DNA from: Lysobacterales bacterium
Lineage (GTDB): Bacteria; Pseudomonadota; Gammaproteobacteria; Xanthomonadales; SZUA-38
DNA: 64,000 nucleotides
Direction of reading: 5' to 3'
Assembly: GCA_028285525.1 (NCBI GenBank)
Contig: JANQOZ010000020.1
Span: 3,663 to 67,662, forward strand
Numbering within the stretch: the first letter of the stretch is position 1; each line of letters opens with the position of its first letter. The notes below the pieces were generated by a model. It made no database searches. It was not told the DNA's origin and saw nothing but the letters and a program-made list of their open reading frames with translations. Positions 1 to 11,838 of this stretch are shown piece by piece. A program made the position numbers and the translations under genes.

Positions 1-1380
1 GGCAAGGTGCTGGGCGGATCGAGCTCTATCAACGCCATGTGCTACGCCCGCGGCCATCGCGCCGACTACGATCACTGGGCGGACCTCGGCAATCACGGCT
101 GGAGCTACGCGGATGTACTGCCGTTTTTTGTCAAGGCGGAAAACCAGGAGCGCGGGGCCTCGGACTATCACGGCAGTGACGGTCCGCTCAACGTTCAGGA
201 CCTGCTGCACCACAACCCCTTGAGCGACGTTTTTCTGCAGGCGGCCCAGGAGTGCGGCTACACCGCCAACGACGACTTCAACGGACCAACCCAGCGCGGC
301 TTTGGCTACTATCAGGTCACCCAGAAAGGCGGCGCTCGCTGGAGCACGGCCGCCGGCTATCTGAACCCGGCCCGGCCCCGACCCAACCTCACCATCGCCA
401 CCAAAGCCCTGACCCATCGGGTGCTACTCGAAGGCCAGCAGGCGGTGGGTGTCGAGTTCTTCAAGGGTCGCTACCTGCAAACCGCGCGGGCGCGCTGCGA
501 GGTGCTGCTGAGTGCCGGCGCCATCAATTCACCCCAGCTGCTGATGCTGTCGGGTATCGGCCCGGGCCAGGTGCTGAGCCGCTGCGGCGTGCGCGTCAAC
601 CACGAACTGCCTGGCGTTGGACGCAACCTGCAGGATCACCTGGACATTTGCACGCTCTACCGCAGCAAAACCGACATCACCTACGATCGCACCAACGATC
701 TGGCGGTCGGCCTCAAATACATGTTGTTCCACCGCGGTGTCGGCACCTCAAACATCGCCGAGTCCGGGGGGTTTGTTGTGAGCGATCTGGCGGAAGACGA
801 CCGGCCCGACCTGCAGTTTCATTTTGTGCCGGCTATGCTCGACGACCACGGCCGGAACCGGCTTGCCGGCGCCGGCTTTACCCTTCACTGCTGCGCGCTG
901 CGGCCCGACAGCCGCGGCAGCATCGAAATTGTCAGCCAGGATCCCAAAAAGTATCCAGCCATCCAGGCCAACTATCTGAGCGCGCCTCAGGATATGGACC
1001 TGATGATCGAAGGCATTCGGCTGTCCCGCAAGATTCTCGGCGCCAAGGCGTTTGACGAGTATCGAGCTGACGAAATTTTCCCGGGTGCGGACGTGACCAG
1101 CCGCAGCGACCTGGAGGCGTTTGTTCGACGCAAAGCCGAAACCATCTACCACCCGGTTGGCACCTGCAAAATGGGATCAGACGACATGGCGGTGGTGGAC
1201 AGCGAGCTGAAAGTGCACGGCATCGAAGGCCTCCGCGTCATCGACGCGTCGGTTATGCCCACGCTGGTCAGCGGCAACACCAACGCGCCGACGGTCATGA
1301 TCGCTGAGCGCGCCAGCGCCCTGATCCGCAACATCGCCGGCTATCGCACCAGCCAGGAGCGGACGGACGCCGCCGCCTGA
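1..1380 (+). CDS. GMC-family oxidoreductase (choline dehydrogenase-like), 5' truncated by window edge
   Basis: Open frame from base 1; GKVLGGSSSINAM, LSAGAINSPQLLMLSGIG, GRNLQDH, YHPVGTC, GNTNAPT motifs. Confidence 0.9.
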   Translation, partial: GKVLGGSSSINAMCYARGHRADYDHWADLGNHGWSYADVLPFFVKAENQERGASDYHGSDGPLNVQDLLHHNPLSDVFLQAAQECGYTANDDFNGPTQRGFGYYQVTQKGGARWSTAAGYLNPARPRPNLTIATKALTHRVLLEGQQAVGVEFFKGRYLQTARARCEVLLSAGAINSPQLLMLSGIGPGQVLSRCGVRVNHELPGVGRNLQDHLDICTLYRSKTDITYDRTNDLAVGLKYMLFHRGVGTSNIAESGGFVVSDLAEDDRPDLQFHFVPAMLDDHGRNRLAGAGFTLHCCALRPDSRGSIEIVSQDPKKYPAIQANYLSAPQDMDLMIEGIRLSRKILGAKAFDEYRADEIFPGADVTSRSDLEAFVRRKAETIYHPVGTCKMGSDDMAVVDSELKVHGIEGLRVIDASVMPTLVSGNTNAPTVMIAERASALIRNIAGYRTSQERTDAAA

Positions 1381-1401
1381 CGCGCCGGTCGCCGGGCCGC
1401 C

Positions 1402-2247
1402 TCAGATGTTGGTGCGCAGCGCCAGCAGCTCCGGGTAGAAGCTTGTGTCCAGGGCTTGCTTGAGAAAGCCCACGCCGCTGGAGCCGCCCGTCCCTCGCCG
1501 GAAACCAATGATCCGCTGCACCGTGTACATGTGGCGGAAACGCCAGTTCTGGAAGGCGTCTTCGAGATCAACCAGCGTTTCGGCAAGTTCATAGAGGTCG
1601 TAAAAGCGGTCGCTGAAGCGGTAGACCTTCGTCCAGGCGGCTTCGACCGAGTCGTTGTGCTGATAGGGCTCACGCAGGTCGCGTGACGCGAGCTCCGGGT
1701 CGATGGCAAAGCCGGCGCGCACCAGCTGGGCGATAGCCGCATCGTAGAGGCTTGGCTTCGCAAGCAGCGCCTCGAGCCGTGCGGTGCAGCTCGGCCGGTC
1801 CTTGTGCACCCGAATCGCCTGGGCGTTCTTGTTGCCCAGTAAAAACTCCAGCGATCGATAACCCACCGATTGAAACCCTGAGGCATTGCCGAGGCTGTCC
1901 CGGAATTTCAGGTAGTCCACCGGCGTCATGGTGGCCAGAATCGACCACGACTGCTTCATCTGGTTCAGGATTTCCTTGACCCGGGCCAGCACCTTAAAAG
2001 CGCGTCGAAACTGCCCCTCGTCGATAAGCCGAATGGCGGCGGAGACTTCGTGAACGGCGAGCTTCAGCCAGAGTTCGCTGGCCTGGTGGATGACCACAAA
2101 CAGCATCTCGTCATGTTCTTCGGTCCGCATCTGCTGCGCGGAGAGAATCTTGTCGAGGTGCAGGTAGTCGCCGTAAGCCATGGCGTCTTTGAAGTTGGTG
2201 CGGATGTCGGACTCAACTTCCCGAAAGTTTGTGCTGGGGGTTTTCAA
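1402..2247 (-). CDS. kynA: tryptophan 2,3-dioxygenase
   Basis: YGDYLHLD, HDEMLFVVIHQASELW, ASGFQS, GTGGSSG motifs; TTG start with upstream GGAG. Confidence 0.95.
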   Translation of the reverse strand: MKTPSTNFREVESDIRTNFKDAMAYGDYLHLDKILSAQQMRTEEHDEMLFVVIHQASELWLKLAVHEVSAAIRLIDEGQFRRAFKVLARVKEILNQMKQSWSILATMTPVDYLKFRDSLGNASGFQSVGYRSLEFLLGNKNAQAIRVHKDRPSCTARLEALLAKPSLYDAAIAQLVRAGFAIDPELASRDLREPYQHNDSVEAAWTKVYRFSDRFYDLYELAETLVDLEDAFQNWRFRHMYTVQRIIGFRRGTGGSSGVGFLKQALDTSFYPELLALRTNI

Positions 2248-2286
2248 CGCTCTTCTCCCAAACGCGCAGGCGGCGGTTGTTTGCAG

Positions 2287-3648
2287 TCAGAAATTGAGCT
2301 GGTGGTGATTAGTGACCAGATCAAGCAGGAACTGCTGCACATCAGCGGATCGATCAGCATCTGCAACCCACGGCAGCGCCATCACCTGATCCATGATTTT
2401 CTGCTGGCGCACGCCGGCCGCCAGCGCTTCGCTGTAGCTGACCTCCGGCAGAAACGTCACCTGGGTGTAGAGCGGCACCCACAGTTCGGGATGAGCGCGA
2501 TGGAAATCGCGTTCGATGGTCTTCTGCAGCAGGAATTCCGGCTGGCCGGAGAGCTCGCTCATTTCGGTGAAATTTTGCATCGCCAGCTCGGACAGCGCAT
2601 CGGCGTTCGGCTTGCGGGCCGCCTCGTAGGCCGCGAGCGTAGGTGCCCAGCTGCCGTTGTGCTGAGCCAACAGGTCAGCGAAGGTCCGGCAGTCCTCAAA
2701 TCCACAGTTCAGCCCCTGGCCGTAGAAGGGCACGATCGCGTGCGCGGAGTCGCCAATCAGCGCGACACGCCCCCCAAACACCCAGCGCGACACCTTTGCC
2801 AGCGCCAGCATCGACGGCCGAGTGCCCAGAAAGCGCGCAACGGGTTGCTCCAGCAGCGGCCGGGCGTCCGGAAAATCCCGGTCGAACAGTGACTCGATGG
2901 CCTCACGGTCGGTCAGGCTTGCAAACGAGTTCTTCCCTTCGTCGGGCAAGAATGCGGTAGCCGTCATCGAGCCGTCGGGGTTAGGCAGCGCAATCAGCAT
3001 ATGGTTGCCGCGCGGCCAGATGTGCAGCGCGTCCGCGGCGACCGCGTGGCTGCCGTCCGGCGCCGGGGGCATAGTCAGCTCCAGATAGCTGTGACCCATC
3101 CGCCGCACGTCGACCTCCGCACCGTGATCTTCGGCCAGCAGCCGCCGAACCTTGGAGTTGGCACCGTCGGCGCCAAACAGGTAGTCGAACGACAGCTTCA
3201 GGTCGCTGTGCTCCGGCCGGGTAAAGGAGGCCTGTTGGCCAGGGACGTCGATCGCGGCCAGCACCGCTTCGAAGTGCACGGTGATGTTGGGCTCTTGATC
3301 CGCCAGGTCCAGAAGCACCTCGTTGACGGCCGCCCGGGACACCGACCAGATCGCCTCGCCGGGCTGACCATAAGGTTGGAGCGTGACGGCACCTTCTCGA
3401 TCGTGCATGGCTCGGGCCGACATCGGCAGGGATACCGCCCTGACCGCATCGTCGGCCCCGACCCGACTCAGCGCGAGCCAGCCGCGCTCGGACAGGGCAA
3501 TGTTGATAGAGCGCCCTTCATAGACGTCGTGGATGCGCGAGTCGGTGCGTGCCTCGAGCAGATCAACCTGCATCCCCTCGCGGGCGAGCATAATCGCCAG
3601 GAGCGTACCCACCGGCCCGGCGCCGACCACCACCACGCGGACGCTCAT
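2287..3648 (-). CDS. kmo: kynurenine 3-monooxygenase
   Basis: GAGPVG FAD motif, [48 protein letters not shown]; kyn operon context. Confidence 0.93.
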   Translation of the reverse strand: MSVRVVVVGAGPVGTLLAIMLAREGMQVDLLEARTDSRIHDVYEGRSINIALSERGWLALSRVGADDAVRAVSLPMSARAMHDREGAVTLQPYGQPGEAIWSVSRAAVNEVLLDLADQEPNITVHFEAVLAAIDVPGQQASFTRPEHSDLKLSFDYLFGADGANSKVRRLLAEDHGAEVDVRRMGHSYLELTMPPAPDGSHAVAADALHIWPRGNHMLIALPNPDGSMTATAFLPDEGKNSFASLTDREAIESLFDRDFPDARPLLEQPVARFLGTRPSMLALAKVSRWVFGGRVALIGDSAHAIVPFYGQGLNCGFEDCRTFADLLAQHNGSWAPTLAAYEAARKPNADALSELAMQNFTEMSELSGQPEFLLQKTIERDFHRAHPELWVPLYTQVTFLPEVSYSEALAAGVRQQKIMDQVMALPWVADADRSADVQQFLLDLVTNHHQLNF

Positions 3649-4925
3649 TGCTGTTCTTCGAGCAGGCGTCTCAGGATGGCGCCCAGCAGCCAGATATCTT
3701 CGAAGCGATTGTAAAAGGGTGTCGGGGCAAAGCGCACGACGTCAGGCTCGCGGAAATCCGCGCTGACGCCCTCGGCACGCAGTCGATCGAAAAAGGCCCG
3801 GTCCGTGCCCCCAAGCTGGACGGAGAGCTGGCAGCCACGCTGTGCCGGATCTTCCGGCGTGATCGACCGAAGCCCAAGCTCCGGGCGACGGCCAAACTCC
3901 TCCTGCAGCACGTACAGCAGATAGCCCGTCAGCCGCACGCTCTTTTCCCGCAGCGCGGCAAGCCCGACCTCGTCAAACATCGCGAGCGACGCGCTGAGCA
4001 TGGCGACCTCAACCACCGGTGGATTGCTCAGCTGCCACCCCTCTGCCCCGGGGATCGGCTGAAAACCCGGCTGCATGAGGAAGCGTTTTGACTCATCGTA
4101 GCCCCACCAGCCGGCGAAGCGCGGCCCGTCGAAGCTGGTGCCGTGGCGTTCGTGAACAAAAATGCCGCCTAGGTTGCCCGGCCCGGCGTTGAGGTACTTG
4201 TAGGTACACCAGGCGGCGAAATCCACGTTGTCGTCGTGAAGCGACAGCGGCACGTTGCCCGCCGCGTGAGCCAGGTCAAAACCGGCGATCGCCCCAACGC
4301 GATGCGCCGCCTCGGTCAGTGGCCGAATGTTGAACAGCTGACCGGTGTAGTAGTTGATGCCGCCCAAAAACAACAGGGCTAGCTGCTCGCCGCAGTCCTC
4401 GATCGCTGCCAGCAGGTCTTCCTCCCGGACGACGTGTTCACCCTCCCTCGGGCCGACCTCGACGATCGCCTCTGCGGGATCGAAGCCGTGGAACTGAACC
4501 TGTGTTTCCAGCAGGTATCGGTCGGAGGGAAACATGCCGGCTTCGCTGATGATCTTGAAGCGTTCGCCCGTCGGTCGGTAGAACGAGACGAACAGGAAGT
4601 GCAGGTTGGCGGTCAGCGAGTTCATGCAGACCACCTCGCTTTCCCGGGCGCCGACAATCCGCGCCATAGGTCCGGCAAGCTTCTTGTGGCAGGTGTACCA
4701 GGGGTCCTCAGGAGAAAAGTGTCCCTCGACGCCGAGCTTCGCCCAGCGGTTCAGCTCGTGATCGACCGCTTTGCGCGCCGTCAGGGGCTGAAGCCCGAGC
4801 GAGTTGCCCGTGAAATACAACAGTGGCTGGCCGTCCACCACCGGATGATGGAAAGCGGAACGCCACTGGGCCAGCGGGTCTTTTTCGTCGGTTTCCCTGG
4901 CGAACGACAGCGTGTTCTCAAACAT
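3645..4925 (-). CDS. kynU: kynureninase
   Basis: [46 protein letters not shown] (PLP Lys), GWQLSNPP. Confidence 0.95.
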   Translation of the reverse strand: MFENTLSFARETDEKDPLAQWRSAFHHPVVDGQPLLYFTGNSLGLQPLTARKAVDHELNRWAKLGVEGHFSPEDPWYTCHKKLAGPMARIVGARESEVVCMNSLTANLHFLFVSFYRPTGERFKIISEAGMFPSDRYLLETQVQFHGFDPAEAIVEVGPREGEHVVREEDLLAAIEDCGEQLALLFLGGINYYTGQLFNIRPLTEAAHRVGAIAGFDLAHAAGNVPLSLHDDNVDFAAWCTYKYLNAGPGNLGGIFVHERHGTSFDGPRFAGWWGYDESKRFLMQPGFQPIPGAEGWQLSNPPVVEVAMLSASLAMFDEVGLAALREKSVRLTGYLLYVLQEEFGRRPELGLRSITPEDPAQRGCQLSVQLGGTDRAFFDRLRAEGVSADFREPDVVRFAPTPFYNRFEDIWLLGAILRRLLEEQQ

Positions 4926-4931
4926 ACGGGG

Positions 4932-5558
<627 letters not shown>

Positions 5559-5697
5559 TCAGTCGCCATCATAACGGGAACTGTGCGACAAAAGTGTGGT
5601 GGTGAAGGTGCGACTGGCTAAAGCTTGCGGGGGGCCTCGGCTGTGCTATTTTCGTTGCCCCGGTCCGCTCCGAGTCACATTCAGGAACCTCAAGTCC

Positions 5698-6519
5698 ATG
5701 TCCAGCCAACCCGCCGCGCCCGCGCGCAAACCGGTCACCATCACCACGCTGCAGAACATGAAGGGTAAGGAGCGGTTTTCCTGCCTCACCGCCTACGGCT
5801 ATAGCGAGGCGTACGCCGTCAGCGATGCCGGAGTTGAGGTGATTCTGGTGGGTGATTCGCTGGGCATGGTGATCCAGGGGCACGACAACTCCCTGCCGGT
5901 GACCATTGAGGACGTGGCTTACCACATCCGCTGCGTCCAGCGGGGCAATCAGGGCTCGCTGCTGATGGGCGACCTGCCGTTTATGACCTTCTATTCCGAA
6001 GAGGTCACGCTGGAAAGCGCCGCCGCTCTGATGCGGGAAGGCGCGCAAATCGTCAAGCTGGAAGGCGGCGCCTGGCTGGCTGAGTCGACGCGACTGCTGA
6101 CCCAGCGCGGCATACCGGTGTGCTGCCACATGGGCTTGATGCCGCAGTCGGTGAATCACCTGGGTGGATTTCGCGTGCAAGGGCGCGATCCGGCCAAGGC
6201 GCAGAGCATCATCGATGAGGCGCTGGTGCTGCAGGACGCCGGGGCGAGCATCGTGCTGCTGGAGTGTGTGCCCGCCGAACTGGGAGCACGGGTTACCGAA
6301 GCGCTCGACGTGCCGGTTATCGGGATCGGCGCCGGCCCGGAAACCGACGGACAGATCATGGTGCTGCACGACCTTCTGGGCCTCTACCCGGGAAGACCCG
6401 CCAAGTTCGTCAAAAACTTTCTGGCCGGCGAGACAGACGGCGTCCAGGGTGCCGTCAAAGCCTACGCCGAAGCCGTGAGAGCAGGAACCTTCCCGGGCCC
6501 CGAGCACTGCTACCAGTAA
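5698..6519 (+). CDS. panB: 3-methyl-2-oxobutanoate hydroxymethyltransferase
   Basis: ILVGDSLGM, DLPFM, KLEGG, IGIGAG, DGQIMVLHDLLG; ATG at 5698 chosen over upstream GTG. Confidence 0.93.
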   Translation: MSSQPAAPARKPVTITTLQNMKGKERFSCLTAYGYSEAYAVSDAGVEVILVGDSLGMVIQGHDNSLPVTIEDVAYHIRCVQRGNQGSLLMGDLPFMTFYSEEVTLESAAALMREGAQIVKLEGGAWLAESTRLLTQRGIPVCCHMGLMPQSVNHLGGFRVQGRDPAKAQSIIDEALVLQDAGASIVLLECVPAELGARVTEALDVPVIGIGAGPETDGQIMVLHDLLGLYPGRPAKFVKNFLAGETDGVQGAVKAYAEAVRAGTFPGPEHCYQ

Positions 6520-6528
6520 AGCGGCCGC

Positions 6529-7443
6529 TCAAGCGGCGGACGCAACCCTCAGCAGCGTACCGCGAAGCCAGTCCAGCGCCGGGTGCTGACCAAAGCGTCG
6601 GTGCCAGACCATGGAGGTGCGCGTAAACGTTTCGAGGGGTTGGAGCGGGCACGGCTGCTGAACCACGCTTGGGTCCTCACAAAATCGCTCAGCCACTCGC
6701 TCCGGAAGCGTCAGCACCAGATCCGAGTTCGCCACAATTTTGCCGGCCGGGGCAAAATGGTTGATCACCATGGCCACCTGGCGGGTCATCCCCTGACCGG
6801 CGAGAACCGTGTCCACCCAGCCCCGCGCGTCCCCCCGCGGGCTGACGAGCAGATGGCGGGCCTGAGCAAATCGTTTGACCGTCATACTGCCCTGCGCAAG
6901 CGGATGGTCCCGGCGGGTCAGCACCACATAGCCATCCTCAAACAGCTGTTCGTGGGCAAAGCGCGAGCCCAACTCGCCGAAAGCCGAGATCGCGAGCTCT
7001 GCCTCCTGGCGGTCGAGCATCTCCAGCGCGCGCCCTTCGGTAGGCTTGAGGTGAATACGCACGCCAGGCGCAATTTCGTCGAGATAAGCTGCCACGCGAT
7101 CCATCAGAACCGTGGTGAGGTAGTCGTGCGTAGCGATGGTAAAGCTCCGGTTCGATTCGGCCGGGTTGAACTCCGCTGGGTCCAGCGCATCTCGTAACGC
7201 CATGAGTGCGGCATTGATCGGCTCCGCGAGTTCAGCCGCGCGGGGCGTGGGCTGCATGCCCTGGGGGCCTTTCACAAAGAGCGGGTCTTTTAAGGTGTGC
7301 CGAAGACGCGTCAGTGCATGGCTCACCGCCGGCTGGGACAGGTAAAGGCGCTCGGCAGCCCGCGTCACGTTGCGCTCCAGCATCACGGCGTCGAACACGC
7401 GCAGGAGGTTCAGATCCAGCGCATCTACATTTATTTTGTGCAT
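6529..7443 (-). CDS. LysR-family transcriptional regulator
   Basis: LDLNLLRVF...ERNVTRAAERLYLSQPAVSHAL HTH; divergent from SDR gene. Confidence 0.92.
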   Translation of the reverse strand: MHKINVDALDLNLLRVFDAVMLERNVTRAAERLYLSQPAVSHALTRLRHTLKDPLFVKGPQGMQPTPRAAELAEPINAALMALRDALDPAEFNPAESNRSFTIATHDYLTTVLMDRVAAYLDEIAPGVRIHLKPTEGRALEMLDRQEAELAISAFGELGSRFAHEQLFEDGYVVLTRRDHPLAQGSMTVKRFAQARHLLVSPRGDARGWVDTVLAGQGMTRQVAMVINHFAPAGKIVANSDLVLTLPERVAERFCEDPSVVQQPCPLQPLETFTRTSMVWHRRFGQHPALDWLRGTLLRVASAA

Positions 7444-7445
7444 AT

Positions 7446-7458
7446 TGAAAATATTTCA
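7446..7458. promoter_or_regulatory. LysR-type T-N11-A palindromic operator (TGAAA-ATA-TTTCA)
   Basis: Dyad in AT-rich divergent intergenic region adjacent to LysR start codon. Confidence 0.6.
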
Positions 7459-7546
7459 TATTCATTTCATTTATACAATCGCGTTCCGTAGCCTGAACTC
7501 ACTGAAGCAAACGGCCCCCGGGCCCAGGTTTAAAGGAGCAACAATC

Positions 7547-8296
7547 ATGAGCAAATTGAACGGAAAAGTAGCGGTCATCACGGGCGGCAACAGCGGCCTC
7601 GGTTTGGCTACCGCGCAGACCTACATCGAGCAAGGCGCGAAGGTGGTGATCTTCGGGCGCAACGAGCGCAGCCTGAATGAGGCCGTCGAGACGCTGGGCG
7701 AGAACGCCACAGCGGTACGGGGTGACGTCACCAGCCTCGCAGATCTGGATCGGCTCGCCGAGGTCACTCGGCAGCAGCACGGCGGGATCGATATCCTGTT
7801 TGCGAACGCCGGTCTTGGGGTCTTTGCGCCGATCGAGCAGGTCGACGAGTCTGGCTACGACAAGCAGTTCGATATCAACGTGAAAGGCGCATTCTTTACC
7901 GTGCAGAAACTGCTGCCGCTGATCAAAGACGGGGCCAGCATCATCCTGACCGCCTCGGCGGTCCATGAGAAAGGTGTGGCGACCGGCAGCCTGTACTTTG
8001 CCAGCAAAGCCGCCGTCCGCTCGCTCGGGCGAACGCTGGCAGCGGAGCTGGCGCCGCGGCAGATTCGGGTTAACACGCTCAGTCCCGGCATCGTGCGCAC
8101 CAACTTTGCTGATCGGACGAACGTACCCGCCGCAGACTTCGAAGGCTTCATCGGGATGGTCGAAAGCCAGGCCCCGCTGGGCCGCGCAGGCACACCGCAG
8201 GATATGGCCAATGCTGCGCTGTTCCTGGCCAGCAGCGATTCGGCCTACATGACCGCCGCAGACCTGCTGATCGACGGCGGCTGGATGAGCGTCTGA
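7547..8296 (+). CDS. SDR-family oxidoreductase
   Basis: TGGNSGLG, FANAG, YFASK, RVNTLSPG; AAGGAG RBS before ATG 7547. Confidence 0.92.
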   Translation: MSKLNGKVAVITGGNSGLGLATAQTYIEQGAKVVIFGRNERSLNEAVETLGENATAVRGDVTSLADLDRLAEVTRQQHGGIDILFANAGLGVFAPIEQVDESGYDKQFDINVKGAFFTVQKLLPLIKDGASIILTASAVHEKGVATGSLYFASKAAVRSLGRTLAAELAPRQIRVNTLSPGIVRTNFADRTNVPAADFEGFIGMVESQAPLGRAGTPQDMANAALFLASSDSAYMTAADLLIDGGWMSV

Positions 8297-8350
8297 CCGA
8301 TCGTGCCCCATCCCGCCATCAGTGGCGGGGTGGGGTTTCGCCTACAGAAA

Positions 8351-9379
8351 TCAGGAAGACGGGCCTCCCGAAATCTCAGCTTCCGCGGCAAACCCCGCCG
8401 CCGCGCCCAACAGCCCGAGCTGATCGTGCGATGCAACCATCACCGGGATCTTCGCCATGTCCGACTGATAGCGCCCCTTGGCACAGAACTGTCGGAAGAA
8501 AGGCTCCTGACGCAGCGTCGGGGCCAGCCGGTTGGACAGCCCGCCGACCAGAACAACCCTTGAGGCGCCGTGGGCCAACGCCAAATCTCCCGCCACCGCG
8601 CCGTAGGCCCGACAAAACCGCTGGAGCGCCAGCGCCGGGAGGTCATCTTCGGGGTCCGGGTCCAGCGCCTGGGCCCAGAGCTCCGGATCATCCAGCGGCT
8701 GTATCTTCCGCCGCTCGATCCTGGCGATGGCGTGCGCTAAATGATTGAGACCCGGCCCGGACACGATGCGCTCCACCGATACCCGGAGAAACTGCTCGCG
8801 CAGCTGGCTGACGATCTTCGACTCCATTTCGTCCAGCGGGGCGAAGTCGATGTGCCCTCCTTCCGTTTCCAGAACCATCAGTCGTCCATGGCGGCGGATC
8901 AATATCGCCACGCCAAGGCCGGTTCCCGGACCGATGACCGTCGTGACGCCGTCCGCCAGCGGGTCAGCCGCCGGACCGCCCTGCTCGCCGCAAATCGGTT
9001 CGAGCTCATCCCCGCTGAGCTGCGACACACCGTAGGCCATCGCACCAAAGTCGTTCATCAGATGAATCTGGCTTACCCCCAGCTCCTCGGCCACGCGGTC
9101 GCGCTGGATCAGCCAGTGGCTGTTGGTGGCCTTGAGCGTCTGGCCCCTGACGGGTCCGGCAAAACATACCGATACCGCTTCGGTGGAAGGGTCTTCGAGT
9201 CGCGTCTGGCCGTGTCGGAGATAGCTTTGCCAGGCTGACGTGAGCCCGGCGAACTCGGCGGTTCGAAGCACCACCGGCTGACCGAGAATCGGCCGCTCCC
9301 CGGCGCGAAGCTCCGCCGGCGCGAAGCGTACGTGAGTGCCGCCAATGTCGACGGCGGTGATGCGACGAACCTTCGCCAT
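8351..9379 (-). CDS. glk: glucokinase
   Basis: DIGGTHVR, NDFGA, GPGTGLG, EGGHIDFAP, SVERIVSGPGL, GLLGAA. Confidence 0.9.
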   Translation of the reverse strand: MAKVRRITAVDIGGTHVRFAPAELRAGERPILGQPVVLRTAEFAGLTSAWQSYLRHGQTRLEDPSTEAVSVCFAGPVRGQTLKATNSHWLIQRDRVAEELGVSQIHLMNDFGAMAYGVSQLSGDELEPICGEQGGPAADPLADGVTTVIGPGTGLGVAILIRRHGRLMVLETEGGHIDFAPLDEMESKIVSQLREQFLRVSVERIVSGPGLNHLAHAIARIERRKIQPLDDPELWAQALDPDPEDDLPALALQRFCRAYGAVAGDLALAHGASRVVLVGGLSNRLAPTLRQEPFFRQFCAKGRYQSDMAKIPVMVASHDQLGLLGAAAGFAAEAEISGGPSS

Positions 9380-9381
9380 GG

Positions 9382-10296
9382 TCAGGACGCCTTGCTCACG
9401 GCTGCCGCCTTTGACAGGCTCTCGACGCTCGACGCCGACTCCCAGAACGTTTTGAGCAGCCGACCCTGCAGACGACTGTCCTGCGCAAACAGGCCGATCT
9501 CAATGGATCCAAGGCGCGGTCGCAGGGGCAGTACCCGAACCCGATCCGCCAGCGGGCTATTGTCCAGCACAATCTGGGGGACGACGCCCAGGCCGCGACC
9601 CAGGCTCACCATGCTGACAATGGCCTCGTTTCCGGCAACCTGGGCTGCGACCGCGGGCGTGACCCGCTGCTCACGCATCCAGGTGTCGATGCGCACCCGA
9701 CCGACGCCCCGCTCCGGCAGCACCAGCGATTCGTTGGCCAACTGCTTGGGACCGAAGCTGGCCGGGACTTCGCTGGCGTCCGCGGCCGCGATGAGCTGCA
9801 GGGCTGACTCGGCCAGGGGACGAAACGACAGTCCCACCGGCAGCCGATCCGGCCTCACGCCGATCGCAATTTCCTCCTGCCCTGACCGGACCCGGTCGGG
9901 CGCAAGCTCCGGGTCGCCGGTGCGCAGGCTGATTTTGACGCGCGGATGCTGGCCCAGAAAGCCGGTCAGCATCCGGTGCAGATAGCTGTAGCTGGCGGTC
10001 ACGGAGCAGTAGATGCGAATTTCGCCGCGCAGGCTCTCGGCGCCCTCGCGCAGATCCTGCCGCACCGAATCCCAGCCGGCCAGCGCCTGCAGCGCGTACT
10101 GCTGAAAACGCTCTCCGGCAGGCGTCAGCACCACTCGTCGGTTATTGCGCTCCAGCAGTTCGACCCCCACCAAACGCTCGAGCTGGGCGATGCTGCGGCT
10201 CAGCGTCGAGGGGCTGATATTGAGCTCGCTGGCCGCCCGGCCGAAGTGCAGCGTGCGGGCGAGCGCGGTAAAACTGGTCAGATGGCGAAAGTCCAT
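9382..10296 (-). CDS. ilvY: LysR-family activator IlvY
   Basis: LHFGRAASELNISPSTLSR, IYCSVTASYS, LRTGD, VAGNEAIVSMVSLG; divergent from ilvC. Confidence 0.9.
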   Translation of the reverse strand: MDFRHLTSFTALARTLHFGRAASELNISPSTLSRSIAQLERLVGVELLERNNRRVVLTPAGERFQQYALQALAGWDSVRQDLREGAESLRGEIRIYCSVTASYSYLHRMLTGFLGQHPRVKISLRTGDPELAPDRVRSGQEEIAIGVRPDRLPVGLSFRPLAESALQLIAAADASEVPASFGPKQLANESLVLPERGVGRVRIDTWMREQRVTPAVAAQVAGNEAIVSMVSLGRGLGVVPQIVLDNSPLADRVRVLPLRPRLGSIEIGLFAQDSRLQGRLLKTFWESASSVESLSKAAAVSKAS

Positions 10297-10343
10297 TGTT
10301 GTGGTTAGCGGTACAATACGGTGATTATATTTCATTTTTCTAA

Positions 10344-11423
<1,080 letters not shown>

Positions 11424-11440
11424 GATACGAAGCTGGAATG

Positions 11441-11484
11441 AAAAAACCGATCGGGCCAGCCCTTCCGTGGGCAGCCCGATCGGT
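11441..11484 (-). terminator. intrinsic terminator (probably also stops ilvC)
   Basis: ACCGATCGGGC/GCCCGATCGGT stem followed by T6 on minus strand, between convergent genes. Confidence 0.75.
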
Positions 11485-11534
11485 AGTCTTGATCGGGTCT
11501 CAGGCGGCGCCTGAGTCTTTCGGTATGGACTGCC

Positions 11535-11708
11535 TTAAATGGCCAGGTGCTTGATGGCGCTTTGCAGCTTGGCCCGCTTGGCCAGCAGCGTTTGATCGAT
11601 ATCCTTCTCGTCCTGGTTTTCCATCGCGATCTCGATCCGGCACAGTTCAACTGACAGGTCGTGGTACATTTCAACGCGGCTGACGCGCTTTGACTTTGCT
11701 TGGCTCAT
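11535..11708 (-). CDS. small hypothetical protein (57 aa)
   Basis: AAGGAG RBS before ATG 11708, own terminator downstream, helical charged sequence. Confidence 0.6.
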   Translation of the reverse strand: MSQAKSKRVSRVEMYHDLSVELCRIEIAMENQDEKDIDQTLLAKRAKLQSAIKHLAI

Positions 11709-11838
11709 GTCGTGTGCTCCTTGCTTGACTGCCGTTTCCATGGCGTCAATGTACCCAAAGCCTTGCCGCTTGTGTTTTAAGAAATGTTACGTCGGCCTTT
11801 TTTCCGTTAACGAATGTCAACTACCCCCTGGGCGTCTG

